A stretch of 64,000 nucleotides of DNA from positions 1,889-65,888 of the forward strand of contig JAFGCC010000002.1 in NCBI GenBank assembly GCA_016932815.1, read 5' to 3'. The stretch comes from Candidatus Micrarchaeota archaeon. GTDB taxonomy: Archaea; Micrarchaeota; Micrarchaeia; Anstonellales; Bilamarchaeaceae. The translations under genes and the position numbers were made by a program. This document shows, piece after piece, positions 38,625-48,680 of this stretch. Below the pieces are notes generated by a model. It worked only from the letters and a program-made list of their open reading frames with translations, was not told the DNA's origin and searched no databases. How positions within the stretch are numbered: the first letter of the stretch is position 1; every line of letters starts with the position of its first letter.

Positions 38625-39377
38625 ATGGTGAGAAATGTGCCAAGGGGTAGGAGAATCGTAATCAACAAAAAAATCGACGATGATAAAGTGGCGGCTTTCA
38701 AGTCCATCGACATGGGTGAACTAAAGTCACAGAGGAGCGAAATAGAAATCCAGCTCTCTGCATCCATAGAAGGCGTCATGGAAGCTGCAAAGGACATGAA
38801 CGCAAAAAAGAAGCTCGACGACGAAGCGCTCAAGAGGGCCGGTCTCTACTCCATCCAGTCTTCTTACGAATTTCTCCGCTCAAAGGGCCTTGACATCTCA
38901 TTTAGGGCATTCGGCGGCAGGATTGAGCGCAGGAGCGTGCCTTCTGTGAAAATCGGAAAGAAGAGGTACATTCCCCTCCAGTCGCTTGGCGACATGCTCG
39001 GAATCAGCGACAGCTATTATACCGTAAGGCGGGCATACGAGGCCTACAGCCGCTTCAATAGGAGCATCAACTACCGCGCATTCATAGGGAGGGTGGAAAA
39101 GAACTCCATTCCTTCGGTCAAAATCGGGACCAAGAGGCTAATCCCCAAGGACGCGATTGACTCCCTCAACCACGTTGCAAAGAAATACTGCTCGGTAAGC
39201 GAGGCGCTCAGGGAACTCCACAAGAAGAGCGTGTCCATAAAGAGGAACGCGTTTGAGAGGAGGCTTGACCGCAACCGCGTGCCCCATGTCAAAATCAGCG
39301 GGAGGAGGTTCATCCCCCGCGCGGTTCTCAACGAACTAATTGACAAGGAGCTCGCCCTCCGCAGGAGCTCAAGGTAG
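38625..39377 (+). CDS. DNA-binding protein with three tandem excisionase/MerR-like (HTH_17-type) domains
   Basis: Three repeats AF..R.E/D..(S/R)(V/I)P(S/H)VKI(G/S)..R.IP. Confidence 0.8.
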   Translation: MVRNVPRGRRIVINKKIDDDKVAAFKSIDMGELKSQRSEIEIQLSASIEGVMEAAKDMNAKKKLDDEALKRAGLYSIQSSYEFLRSKGLDISFRAFGGRIERRSVPSVKIGKKRYIPLQSLGDMLGISDSYYTVRRAYEAYSRFNRSINYRAFIGRVEKNSIPSVKIGTKRLIPKDAIDSLNHVAKKYCSVSEALRELHKKSVSIKRNAFERRLDRNRVPHVKISGRRFIPRAVLNELIDKELALRRSSR

Positions 39378-39431
39378 AGCGGGCATCTCTGCTCCCTCTG
39401 CCTTATAACCTTTTCTTGCTTATTCTAAGCG

Positions 39432-41831
39432 ATGTGCGCAAATCCTATCCGTAAAGCGGTCCTTCTGGATGCAAGCTACAGCATGCAGGATGGGAAATGT
39501 TATGCAAAGCTTGAGGTAAAAGGCAGGAAGGCGGCAACCCTTTATTACGAATACGAGCCGTATTTTTACGTGGATGCCCCCCAGAGCGCAGCCGGAACGG
39601 TCGCATCCGTGCGGGCAAAGGCCAGGGACGGGGAGATTGTTTTTCCAAAGAAAGTTGAGAGTGCCGAGCGGGAAGTTGAGGGAAAGAAGAAAAAACTCCT
39701 AAAAGTAATCTGCAGCGCACCCTCGCACGTCCCGGTTCTTGAAAAGGAAATCGGGCTTCCCTGCTATGAATACAGCATCCCCTTTGGGCGCAGGTTCATG
39801 ATGGATTTTGGGCTCATGCCGCTTTCTGTCATACGCTACAAGAGAAACGGGAAATACATAACCAGGTTCATGGGTTCAGCGGGAGACGGCTCCGGGAAGC
39901 TGAATGTGATGGCGTTTGACATAGAAACGTACAATCCGGAGGGGGCTCCCCTGGATGGGAGGGACCCTGCGGTCATGGTCAGCTATTCCAATGGTAAAAA
40001 GCACGGGGTCCTAAGCTGGAAGGAGGTTCCGGGCAAGGGGTTCGTGGAGGCGGTTTCCGGGGAGAAAGAGCTAATTGAGCGATTCTGCGCGCTCCTTGGG
40101 GAATTGGACGTGGACATACTTACTGCGTATAACAGCACTAATTTCGACCTTCCTTATTTGAAAGAGAGGGCAAAGAGGCTAAAGACCGAGCTTGCCCTTG
40201 GGCGCGATGGCACGAGTTACCGGGCGGTAAAGAGGGGGCTAATCCAGCCCCTAAAGATACGCGGCAGGGTGCACGTGGATTTGTACCCCTCGGTCCGGTT
40301 CTTTGGGTTTACGGGGATGATAAAGACCGGGGATTACACCCTCAAGAACGTTTATTCTGCTATTACGGGCAAGAAAAAGCTCATGGTGGAGCGTGCGGAC
40401 ATCTGGAAGATGTGGGACAACGGGGGGAAAGAACTTGAGGAACTAAGCGACTATTCCTTGATGGATGCGGATTCCACTTTTGAAATCGGGGAGCACATAC
40501 TGCCCATACAGATGGAACTAAGCGAGATTGCGGGGCTCCCCTTATTCGACGTTGCTTATGCTACTAGCGGGCAGATGGTGGAAGCCCTGCTTATGCGCGA
40601 GGCCATTTCCTCCAAGATGATTGTGCCCCCAAAGCCAAGCGGGGCGGCGGTGAATGCGCGCTCCAAAAACCCGATACAGGGAGCATACGTGAAACTGCCG
40701 GAGCCCGGGATTTACGAGAACATAGCGGTATTCGATTTTAGGGGGCTGTATCCTAGCATAATCTGCTCTTACAACATTGACCCGGGGACAATTGACAAGG
40801 AGGGCGAAAGCTGGGAATCGCCTACGGGGGCACGGTTCTTGAAGAAGCCCATGGGGCTTGTTCCGCGGGTTCTTGGGGGGCTAATTGAGAGGAGGGGAAA
40901 AGTAAAGGGGGAATTGAAGAAGCTAAAGAAGGGCTCAAAGGAATACAACAGGGCGTATGCGCGAAGCTACGCGCTAAAGATTCTCGCAAACTCGTTCTAC
41001 GGATACCTGGGCTATGCGCGCTCAAGGTGGTATAACCGGAGTTGTGCCGAGAGCATAACCGCGCTTGGGAGAAAGCACATAATGGAAACCGAGAAGATGG
41101 CCAATGATGAAGGCTTCAGGGTTCTTTATTCGGATACGGATTCGGTGTTCCTGCTCCTTGGGAACAAGAAGAAAGAGGATGCGATGGCATTCTTGGAAAA
41201 AGTGAATTCGTCTCTTCCTGGGAAAATGGAGCTTGAGCTTGAGGATTTCTATACGCGCGGGGTGTTTGTTAGCAAGAAGCACCAGAAGGAGACTACGGGC
41301 GCAAAGAAGAAATACGCGATGCTATCCGAGGATGGAAGCGTAAAGATACGCGGGTTTGAGCTTGTGCGCAGGGACTGGTCGCGCGTTGCACGGGAAACCC
41401 AGAGGAAGGTGCTTGAGGCGATTTTGAAAGAAGGCAGCAAGGAGAAGGCGATGGGGATAGTCCAGGAAACAATTTCCCGGCTGCGCAACGGCGAGGTTCC
41501 GCTTGAGGAGGTTGCAATTTACACGCAATTGAAGAAGAAGCCGGAGAATTACGGCATCGTTTCCCCGGAACTTTCCGCTGCGAAGAAGGCGATAAAACGG
41601 GGGAAGAAGATTGGGCGCGGAAGCATAGTTGCCTATGTGATTACGCGAAACGGCAAAAGCAGCATATCCGATAGGTCGGAGCTTCTGGAATTCGCCCAGA
41701 ACTACGATGCGCAATACTATATCGACAAGCAGGTCCTGCCTTCTGTGATGAAGATTCTGAAGGAGCTTGGGTATGATGAATACGAATTGAAGCACGGGGG
41801 AAAGCAGAAGGGGCTTGGCGACTGGTTTTGA
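39432..41831 (+). CDS. polB: Family B DNA polymerase (archaeal PolB)
   Basis: Exo FDIET, YNSTNFD; pol DFRGLYPSII, KILANSFYGY, YSDTDS; C-terminal PIP box QKGLGDWF; no intein. Confidence 0.97.
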   Translation: MCANPIRKAVLLDASYSMQDGKCYAKLEVKGRKAATLYYEYEPYFYVDAPQSAAGTVASVRAKARDGEIVFPKKVESAEREVEGKKKKLLKVICSAPSHVPVLEKEIGLPCYEYSIPFGRRFMMDFGLMPLSVIRYKRNGKYITRFMGSAGDGSGKLNVMAFDIETYNPEGAPLDGRDPAVMVSYSNGKKHGVLSWKEVPGKGFVEAVSGEKELIERFCALLGELDVDILTAYNSTNFDLPYLKERAKRLKTELALGRDGTSYRAVKRGLIQPLKIRGRVHVDLYPSVRFFGFTGMIKTGDYTLKNVYSAITGKKKLMVERADIWKMWDNGGKELEELSDYSLMDADSTFEIGEHILPIQMELSEIAGLPLFDVAYATSGQMVEALLMREAISSKMIVPPKPSGAAVNARSKNPIQGAYVKLPEPGIYENIAVFDFRGLYPSIICSYNIDPGTIDKEGESWESPTGARFLKKPMGLVPRVLGGLIERRGKVKGELKKLKKGSKEYNRAYARSYALKILANSFYGYLGYARSRWYNRSCAESITALGRKHIMETEKMANDEGFRVLYSDTDSVFLLLGNKKKEDAMAFLEKVNSSLPGKMELELEDFYTRGVFVSKKHQKETTGAKKKYAMLSEDGSVKIRGFELVRRDWSRVARETQRKVLEAILKEGSKEKAMGIVQETISRLRNGEVPLEEVAIYTQLKKKPENYGIVSPELSAAKKAIKRGKKIGRGSIVAYVITRNGKSSISDRSELLEFAQNYDAQYYIDKQVLPSVMKILKELGYDEYELKHGGKQKGLGDWF

Positions 41832-41839
41832 TTGTGGTT

Positions 41840-42778
41840 TTAGGCTGCCTGCACTTCCTTCTTGCCGTTTATCCTGCATACAGATTTCCAGAAGAAGAAC
41901 CCTACTACCCCGAAAGTTATTATTGGCGAGAGCCAGGATGGGATGTGCGCGCCGAATGCGTCTAGCACCATGATTACGCCCAGAAAGAAGATTGAGTACA
42001 TCGCCCCGTTTTTTAGGAAGACGTATTTTTTCACGTTTTCTATGTTGCGGATTGTAAGCTCCCTTACCACGAAGGCGCCGATTCCGTTTCCGATTAGGAT
42101 TAGGGGGACTGCGAAAGTGAATGCGAATGCCCCTACAACCCCGTCAATTGAGAAGGTCGCGTCTATTACTTCGAGGTACATTAGCTTGCTTAGGTCGCTA
42201 AGGTTGGAGCTTCCCTCAACGAGTTTTGCCTCCTGCAGTTCCGCGTTCTGCTTGAAGCCGTGGACTATGAAAAAGGCGGTTGAGCCTACTACCGCGCCGA
42301 AGGCCAAGAGGGGGTCTAAGTTGATTGCGTTCCAGGTTATGTAGGCTAGGAGGATTGAAACTACCGCGAAGAACCAGACTCCCTGGTCCTTGAAGAATTT
42401 TTCCGTTGGGAGCCCGAACTGCTTGGGCTCCAGAAATAGCCAGTGGAAGAAGAGGAAAATGAGGAATACGCCTCCTGCAATCAGGAGTACCGGGCCGCTC
42501 TGCTCCATCGCCTCTGCAACCTGCGGGTCGCTAGAAAGCGTTGCCATGAAAACGTCCTCAATTGTAAAGTGCGGGTTTGCGGCCCATACTATTGCCGCAG
42601 GAAGGAGGCCCCGGATTACGAAAACCGCGATGAGTATTCCCCAGAGCAGGAACCATCGCCTTGCCTTCTGGCTCATTTTAGAGAGGACTTCCGCGTTGAT
42701 TACCGCATTGTCCAGGCTGGTTATGGTCTCAAAGAAAACCAGGCCGAGAATCGTGAGGAGCATTGCGCCTATGTCCAT
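41840..42778 (-). CDS. DUF475 / TerC-family integral membrane protein
   Basis: FETITSLDNAVINA, YLEVIDATFSIDGVVGAFAFT, GNGIGA. Confidence 0.88.
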   Translation of the reverse strand: MDIGAMLLTILGLVFFETITSLDNAVINAEVLSKMSQKARRWFLLWGILIAVFVIRGLLPAAIVWAANPHFTIEDVFMATLSSDPQVAEAMEQSGPVLLIAGGVFLIFLFFHWLFLEPKQFGLPTEKFFKDQGVWFFAVVSILLAYITWNAINLDPLLAFGAVVGSTAFFIVHGFKQNAELQEAKLVEGSSNLSDLSKLMYLEVIDATFSIDGVVGAFAFTFAVPLILIGNGIGAFVVRELTIRNIENVKKYVFLKNGAMYSIFFLGVIMVLDAFGAHIPSWLSPIITFGVVGFFFWKSVCRINGKKEVQAA

Positions 42779-42843
42779 TGCCTTGGATATCTAGAAGAGT
42801 GTTTTTATTTATTGGCTTTGGGAAGCGGGGGGGCAAGTGGAGG

Positions 42844-43830
42844 CTAAACTTTTCTTGCCGTTGTTTTGCGGATTACGCAGGCATGCCTCCTGTCTCCTAG
42901 GCATCTTGAAAAAAGCGCGGTTAGGGGCTCTTCTTTTAGGAGCATTATGTTCCCCATGCTTCCTTCCATCATGTGGGGGCAGCGGTAGACATCCTCGTTT
43001 GGGGCAATCGTAATAGACGAGCCTGCTCCCATCTGGCACCTTCCGTCTGCATAGGTGCTGTGGGGGAGGTTGAAGTCGCTGTACGCTAGGGCGAGGGCGG
43101 CCATCTTGCGCTTATGTTTTCTTCCCTCTTCGGAATGGAGGGGGGTGTTGCACACGAAGTATATCCCGTTGCCGTTTGCCGCATCTTTCAATGCCGCAAG
43201 CTTATCCAGGTCCGGCTCGCCGTTGATTCCAAGGACGTAATTCATGCCCAGGCGGGTCAGGCCGTACGCGGGGGGATTGGAGCAATAGGTGTAAGCGAGA
43301 AACAGGGTGCGCAGGCTAGTTGCGATTTCTGCGGAGCGGCCCCCGTATGCTGCGCCCTTGAAGAATTTCTCGTCTATAAAAGTGTTGTTGCCAGCTAGGC
43401 CAATCATCACGTTCACTCCATGGTTGGAGAGGAAGCGGCAGATTTGCGGGGAGAGGTTGTTGCCCTGCGTGAATACGTATGAGCGGACTCCTTCCGAAGT
43501 TGCGTGGGCTATTTTCTGCATCGTCTCCTGTGCAACACGGGGGTGGAACGGGTCGCCCCGGCCGCTTATCGCAACGAACTTGGTCCCGAAGCGGCGCGCA
43601 AAAAGGGAAATCAATTGTTTTGTGGCCTTCATCGGGAGTTTGCCGTTTAGCTCCCTAAAGTGCGCATTTGCCGCGCTGCCTTCGCGGTTTATGCACTTTC
43701 TGCATTGTTCCTCGCAGTGGAATGTACCTGGGAGGTTGAGGATCCTGAATTTTCTCCTAAGGGACATCTTGCCGTTATGGGTGGATGCGATGTTTTGCAT
43801 GGCGTGCATTATCTCAAGCTGCTTTTGCAT
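42844..43830 (-). CDS. Radical SAM protein with C-terminal Twitch/SPASM-like Cys motif
   Basis: CEEQCRKC, GRGDP, CQMG...DVYRCPH...GNI. Confidence 0.8.
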   Translation of the reverse strand: MQKQLEIMHAMQNIASTHNGKMSLRRKFRILNLPGTFHCEEQCRKCINREGSAANAHFRELNGKLPMKATKQLISLFARRFGTKFVAISGRGDPFHPRVAQETMQKIAHATSEGVRSYVFTQGNNLSPQICRFLSNHGVNVMIGLAGNNTFIDEKFFKGAAYGGRSAEIATSLRTLFLAYTYCSNPPAYGLTRLGMNYVLGINGEPDLDKLAALKDAANGNGIYFVCNTPLHSEEGRKHKRKMAALALAYSDFNLPHSTYADGRCQMGAGSSITIAPNEDVYRCPHMMEGSMGNIMLLKEEPLTALFSRCLGDRRHACVIRKTTARKV

Positions 43831-43950
43831 AATTCCACATATTTATAGGGACGGCAACAACTTTTAAATGTTTGCGGAATGAGGATGATGATACAAAGTA
43901 AAGGGGGCTTGCGCCCCAAAAAGAAAACAAAAAGAAATCTGGCGGAGGAG

Positions 43951-44922
43951 TTAGAAGACTACCTTCTCCCCCGGAACCTTCGGGAACAAGATTACGTCGC
44001 GCACGTGCTGCTTTCCGCAGAGGAAGCGGACCATGCGCTCAACCCCGAAGCCGCCTCCGGCGCTAGGGCGGAGGATTCCCATCTGGGCAATCTGGAGATA
44101 CGGGGCAAAGGCATCCTCGGAGTTCTTGCGCTCGCGCATTTTCTCTAGTATGCGCCCATATTCATGCTCACGCTCGCCTCCTGAGAGGGCTTCCCCGTAT
44201 CCTTCTGGGTAAACGAGGTCGTAGTTGATGTGCTCTCCGCTCTCCTTATCCTGCTTGTCGTAGAACTCCCTGTAATGGCTTAGCACCCAAAACGGGGATT
44301 TCTCCATTCCGGAGACCACCTCTTCAAAGCGGTCGCCGTATTTCTCGCGGAGCTCGTCCGACTTGAACACCTTGTATTCGGTTGGGACTTTTAGGTTGCG
44401 GCCAAGCCTTGCAAGTTCCGGGGCGCAGCTCTCTTTTACGTATCTTATTACGTGGGTGTAGAGGCCTTCTATTAGCTTGCGGAAGTCCTCGGAGGACGCG
44501 TCCCTTAACTCAATGTCCACCTGGCTGAACTCAAGCAGGTGCCTGCCGCTCAAAGAGGTGTGGTCCCCCTCCAGGCGCACGTTGGGGGAAACTATGTATA
44601 TTCCCTTAGCGTCAAGGGCGCCTACCGCAAGCTGCTTGTGGAGAATCATGCTTTTAGTTAGTTCAAGCTTCTGGCCGCGGTATTTGAGGGAGGAATCCTC
44701 AACGTCGTGATTGAGCGGGTCGGTGATAGTGGAGAGTATCACGGGGCTAGATAGCAGTATCCCCTTCTCCCACAGGTAATCCTGCACGGCCTTCATGGCG
44801 GCACTCTGTACCTTTAGGATGTCCGCCATTTCCTTCCTTTGTATATGTTCTATGCTTTTTTTGGGCATCCAAAACACCTTGGGGGTTGGCTGGGAGGGAA
44901 CTGGTATTAATATGTTTTCCAT
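43951..44922 (-). CDS. asnA: Archaeal-type asparagine synthetase A (class IIb aaRS-like catalytic core, no anticodon domain)
   Basis: TITDPL, LTKSMILHKQ, SPNVRLE, HLLEFSQVD, EALSGGERE, SAGGGFGVER. Confidence 0.88.
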   Translation of the reverse strand: MENILIPVPSQPTPKVFWMPKKSIEHIQRKEMADILKVQSAAMKAVQDYLWEKGILLSSPVILSTITDPLNHDVEDSSLKYRGQKLELTKSMILHKQLAVGALDAKGIYIVSPNVRLEGDHTSLSGRHLLEFSQVDIELRDASSEDFRKLIEGLYTHVIRYVKESCAPELARLGRNLKVPTEYKVFKSDELREKYGDRFEEVVSGMEKSPFWVLSHYREFYDKQDKESGEHINYDLVYPEGYGEALSGGEREHEYGRILEKMRERKNSEDAFAPYLQIAQMGILRPSAGGGFGVERMVRFLCGKQHVRDVILFPKVPGEKVVF

Positions 44923-44986
44923 AAAATTGCGGATGATTGTACAAAAATAACAAGATTTAAATAGATTTATTGTATGTATATACAAC

Positions 44987-45433
44987 ATGATTGATGAAAA
45001 GGATATGGAAATACTGCGCGTTCTGAGGAAAAACTCAAAAAGCTCGGTAAACGCGATTGCAAAGGCCACGGGGATTCCTCCTGCCACCGTGCATCACCGG
45101 GTGCGGAAGCTGGATTCGGAGGGGGTAATACGCAGGTATACAGTTGAGCTTGACGATTCTAAGATGGGCTTTTCCCTGGGGGCCTACGTTTTTGTGTCGG
45201 TGCAGCAGGGGCAGGGCGAGAAACTGGACCAGAGGCTGATGGCACAGAAGTTCGCAAAATACGAGTTCGTAGAAGAAGCTTCGGTCCTTGCCGGGGACGT
45301 GGACATGGTCCTGCGTGTGAAAGCGCGGAGCATGGAGGACCTAAACCATTTCGTGCTGGATTATTTGAGGAACTCGCCCGGGGTGGAAAAAACCAGGACC
45401 ATGCTGATAATGTACGATGTTAAGTCAGAGTAG
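44987..45433 (+). CDS. Lrp/AsnC family transcriptional regulator
   Basis: IDEKDMEILRVL HTH, GVIRRYTV, AGDVD; divergent from asnA. Confidence 0.93.
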   Translation: MIDEKDMEILRVLRKNSKSSVNAIAKATGIPPATVHHRVRKLDSEGVIRRYTVELDDSKMGFSLGAYVFVSVQQGQGEKLDQRLMAQKFAKYEFVEEASVLAGDVDMVLRVKARSMEDLNHFVLDYLRNSPGVEKTRTMLIMYDVKSE

Positions 45434-45463
45434 GCTGGCCGCTTTGGCCCGGAATCCCAGCCT

Positions 45464-46171
45464 TCAGGGGGCGGGCTCTTTGGGGAGGTCTTCTAGAACC
45501 ACAGCGTAATCATTATTGAGCGGAAGCGTTGCGAGGACGTGCCTCCTCGCATCCGCATAGCGAGAACCATCCAAAGTGCGCGAAACCGTCCTTACCGCCT
45601 CGTGCGGAAGCCTGCTAAATAGGAGATTCTTGTATAGCGGGACCCCCTCCATCTGCCTGGGATTGGCCGATAGGGGAATCATTGTTTCCGCATGTGGCAC
45701 CCCTGCGACTCCAGAAGCCTGCTCCATGAAGCTTTCCGTTTTGGTTCCCCCGATTACGGTTATGGATTCCGGGATTACTACCACGCTTGATGCTCCCCTG
45801 TATTTTTCGAATTCCCTTGGAATGATAATCAGGGCTTTCCCGCCGCCTAGGGCATCTACGTTCCGTATTAGGGACCATGGGATTCTCGTCCCATCCTCCT
45901 TGTCTACGATGTCTAAGCCCTTCTTGAAGGATTCGCCCGTGGCGGCGTATGCGATTATTTCCGCTGCGCAGATGGGCAGTTTCCCGGGATTTCCGACTAG
46001 CCTCCCTCTTCCGCGCATTATTCCTTCGTTGAGCGTGCTGTGGGAGACGAGCCGTTTGTCGGTTTGCTTTGCGTGCCTGCCAACCTGCATGCGGCTGTGG
46101 AAAGTTTTGCATACTGCCAATTGGCGGGGGATTAGGGCTTCCTTCTTGGGAACGATTACTTGGTTAGCCAT
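45464..46171 (-). CDS. Hypothetical protein
   Basis: 235-aa ORF; SD GGTGA before ATG 46171 and upstream TTTAAA box; no family recognised. Confidence 0.65.
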   Translation of the reverse strand: MANQVIVPKKEALIPRQLAVCKTFHSRMQVGRHAKQTDKRLVSHSTLNEGIMRGRGRLVGNPGKLPICAAEIIAYAATGESFKKGLDIVDKEDGTRIPWSLIRNVDALGGGKALIIIPREFEKYRGASSVVVIPESITVIGGTKTESFMEQASGVAGVPHAETMIPLSANPRQMEGVPLYKNLLFSRLPHEAVRTVSRTLDGSRYADARRHVLATLPLNNDYAVVLEDLPKEPAP

Positions 46172-46236
46172 GTTTTTCACCGATAATAGTTATTGTTTGT
46201 GGTCGGGACTGTTTAAATAATTATTGGCAGGGGGGC

Positions 46237-48540
46237 CTAGATTGCTTCCGCAACGGTTGCCCCAAGCCTCTCTTTGTCGCGGGAGAACTTGTAGCTGCGC
46301 GCGAATTCCGAACTAATCAGGTTTTCCTCGTGCGTAATCACTATTGACTGGGGGATTATTTCCGGGACCTTGTTCTCTAAGGCTTCGGATAGGGTGTGGA
46401 TTGCCTCCGCATCCAGGTTGTGGGTTGGCTCATCAAGCATCATCCATCCGACATTCGGGGTGAGGACTGTTGAGAGCGCCATCCTCAAGGTAAGGGAGAG
46501 GCAGGCTTTTTCCCCTCCGGATGCGATGTTCTCCAAGCGCCTCCACTGCCCGTCGTTTATTTCAAAGGTGTAATCTTTTTCCCTTGCGACTATGCGCAGT
46601 TCCTTGTAGTCCGCATAAGGGTAAAGGATGGGCCAGATGTTGTTCATTGCCGAGTTTATGGCGGAAGTTAATTCCATGCGCAATTCCCCCTGCAATTCAA
46701 GCAGGGAGTTGCGGTAAATCTGGAGTTCCTCTTTTAGCTTTAGGAGGTATGCGCGCTCATCTTTTAGCCCCTCCAATTTAGAGATGCGCATAGAGATGGA
46801 AGAGAGTTGTTCGGAGAGCATTGCCGCATCCTTTTTGAGGGCCAGGAGTTCGGAGGATTTTTGTGTGTGCGTGAGCCTGGTTTCCTGCGACTGCCCGCGC
46901 AGCTTTGCAAGCTCATTTGGATTGAATTGCAACCCGGATAGTTCGGAAGCCGCACGGGAGGCTTCGGCTTTCGCCTCTTCTAGGGATTGCGCTTTTTTGA
47001 GCAGGGCTTCTTCCTCCCTGAAGGATACGAGCGCATCCGAGTGCTTCCCTGCGCACTCATCCCTCTGCAGGAGGAAGGAGGATTTTTCCTTTTTCGCAAG
47101 TGAGAGTTCGGCCTCTTCCTTCTCAAGGTTACCCTTGAGGGCGGGAATCGTGTCCGCGCGTGCTTTGTGCTGGGCAATCTGGGAAGATACCTGCTGCATC
47201 TTCTGGATGCGGGAGGCTAGGCCGGACTTTTCTTTGCGCAACCTTGGGATTTTCTCGTTTAGGGATTCTAGCCTGGATTTTTTTGCGCTGAGGGTTTCCC
47301 CCTTCTGAGCAAGAAGGTTCTCCGCGGTTCCGCTTGATAGGCTGGAATCGCACAGGGGGCAGCGCGAGCTTCCGGGCTTTAGCCTGCGCAGGGTGTCTTC
47401 TAGTTCCGGAATTTCCGCGGCAAGGGATTTTGCCTCCGATGATGCGCAGAGGAGCTCTTCTTCTTTTTTCTCCAGTAATGATGCGGCATCGGGGCCTTCG
47501 GAAGGGGAGAGGGATTCTAGCTCCAGCCTGAGTTTTTCTAGTTCCCTTGCAGAAGAAGAGGCCGCCTCAAGGAAGGTGGAACTCTTCCCGGCTTTCCTTG
47601 ATATGGCGGAAATGGATTCTTCGGTTTTTGAGAGTTTGGAATCCAGGGACTTCTTTTCTAAAAGGAGGGCAGAGAGGGCTTCGCGCTTTTTTTGGAGCGA
47701 TTCCCCGGATGGGGCCTTGCCCTCTAGCTCCCTGGAGAGCACTTCCACCCGTGCTTTGGAGCGCTCTAATGATGAGCGCAGCGCCTCGGATTTTTTGCCC
47801 AGGGACTCTAGTTCTATGAGCTTGCGCGAAAGCGATGATGCGGATTCGTGCAATTGCGTGCACTCACTTTCCAAGAGAGGAAGCTTTTGCGAGATTGCTT
47901 CCAGGGAGGAGTTTTTATTAGCTTTTTCTTTTGTGAGCGATTCGTATTCCTGCGGGCTAAAGAGCGGCGATAAGGACTCCGCTTCGCCGGATATGCGGTT
48001 TAGGAGGGAAACCGCTGCAGAGCGCGCGGATTCCACCCGCTCTAGCCCCAGGAGCCTGTCCATTTCTTTCTTCCTTTTTCCCGGGTCTATTGTGAGGAAG
48101 TAGTCTATGTTGTTCTGCTCGGAGTATATTGCGCGGGTGAAGAGGTCGTAATCCACTTCAAGTATTTTTGATATTGCCTCCGTAACGCGCTTTGGGCCGG
48201 ATTCCAGGACCTTCCTCTCCGGGAGAAGCATGAGCTTGGATGCTGCGGCAACGCTCGCCTGTTTCTTTTTGAGCCTGCGCACTACGCGGTAGTCCTTGCC
48301 GGAATGTGAGAAACTGAGGGCGACTTCCGCTTCTTCCTCATCGTATGAGATTGCATCAAAAAGGGATGTTTCCCTGCGCCTAAGCTGGGGGAAAGCCCCA
48401 AAGAGCGCGTAGCTTAGGGCGTCTAGAAGCGCGCTTTTTCCACTCCCCATTATGCCGATTACGAGATTGGTGCCCCTTCCGAAATTTACCTGGGTATCCT
48501 TGTGGGTGCGCCAGTTCTTGAGGGAGAGCGAAGAAATCAT
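46237..48540 (-). CDS. rad50: Rad50/SbcC-type SMC ATPase
   Basis: Walker A GIMGSGKS, zinc hook CPLC, signature SGGEK, LDEPTHNLD, ITHE. Confidence 0.9.
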   Translation of the reverse strand: MISSLSLKNWRTHKDTQVNFGRGTNLVIGIMGSGKSALLDALSYALFGAFPQLRRRETSLFDAISYDEEEAEVALSFSHSGKDYRVVRRLKKKQASVAAASKLMLLPERKVLESGPKRVTEAISKILEVDYDLFTRAIYSEQNNIDYFLTIDPGKRKKEMDRLLGLERVESARSAAVSLLNRISGEAESLSPLFSPQEYESLTKEKANKNSSLEAISQKLPLLESECTQLHESASSLSRKLIELESLGKKSEALRSSLERSKARVEVLSRELEGKAPSGESLQKKREALSALLLEKKSLDSKLSKTEESISAISRKAGKSSTFLEAASSSARELEKLRLELESLSPSEGPDAASLLEKKEEELLCASSEAKSLAAEIPELEDTLRRLKPGSSRCPLCDSSLSSGTAENLLAQKGETLSAKKSRLESLNEKIPRLRKEKSGLASRIQKMQQVSSQIAQHKARADTIPALKGNLEKEEAELSLAKKEKSSFLLQRDECAGKHSDALVSFREEEALLKKAQSLEEAKAEASRAASELSGLQFNPNELAKLRGQSQETRLTHTQKSSELLALKKDAAMLSEQLSSISMRISKLEGLKDERAYLLKLKEELQIYRNSLLELQGELRMELTSAINSAMNNIWPILYPYADYKELRIVAREKDYTFEINDGQWRRLENIASGGEKACLSLTLRMALSTVLTPNVGWMMLDEPTHNLDAEAIHTLSEALENKVPEIIPQSIVITHEENLISSEFARSYKFSRDKERLGATVAEAI

Positions 48541-48680
48541 CGGACATATATTATGGAATAAGTAATAAAAAGAAATTCGGGGGGTTGGAGTCCGCTTTCC
48601 GCTGCGGGGCGGGCTGGATACTGTGCCCTCCGCGATTTAGAATGCAAAGATACAAAAAGAAGTTCTGTTATCTTAGGGGC

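Noticed and set aside
45464-46171. Possible diversity-generating retroelement target
   Set aside because: No reverse transcriptase or template/variable repeat pair seen; only a vague C-terminal resemblance.
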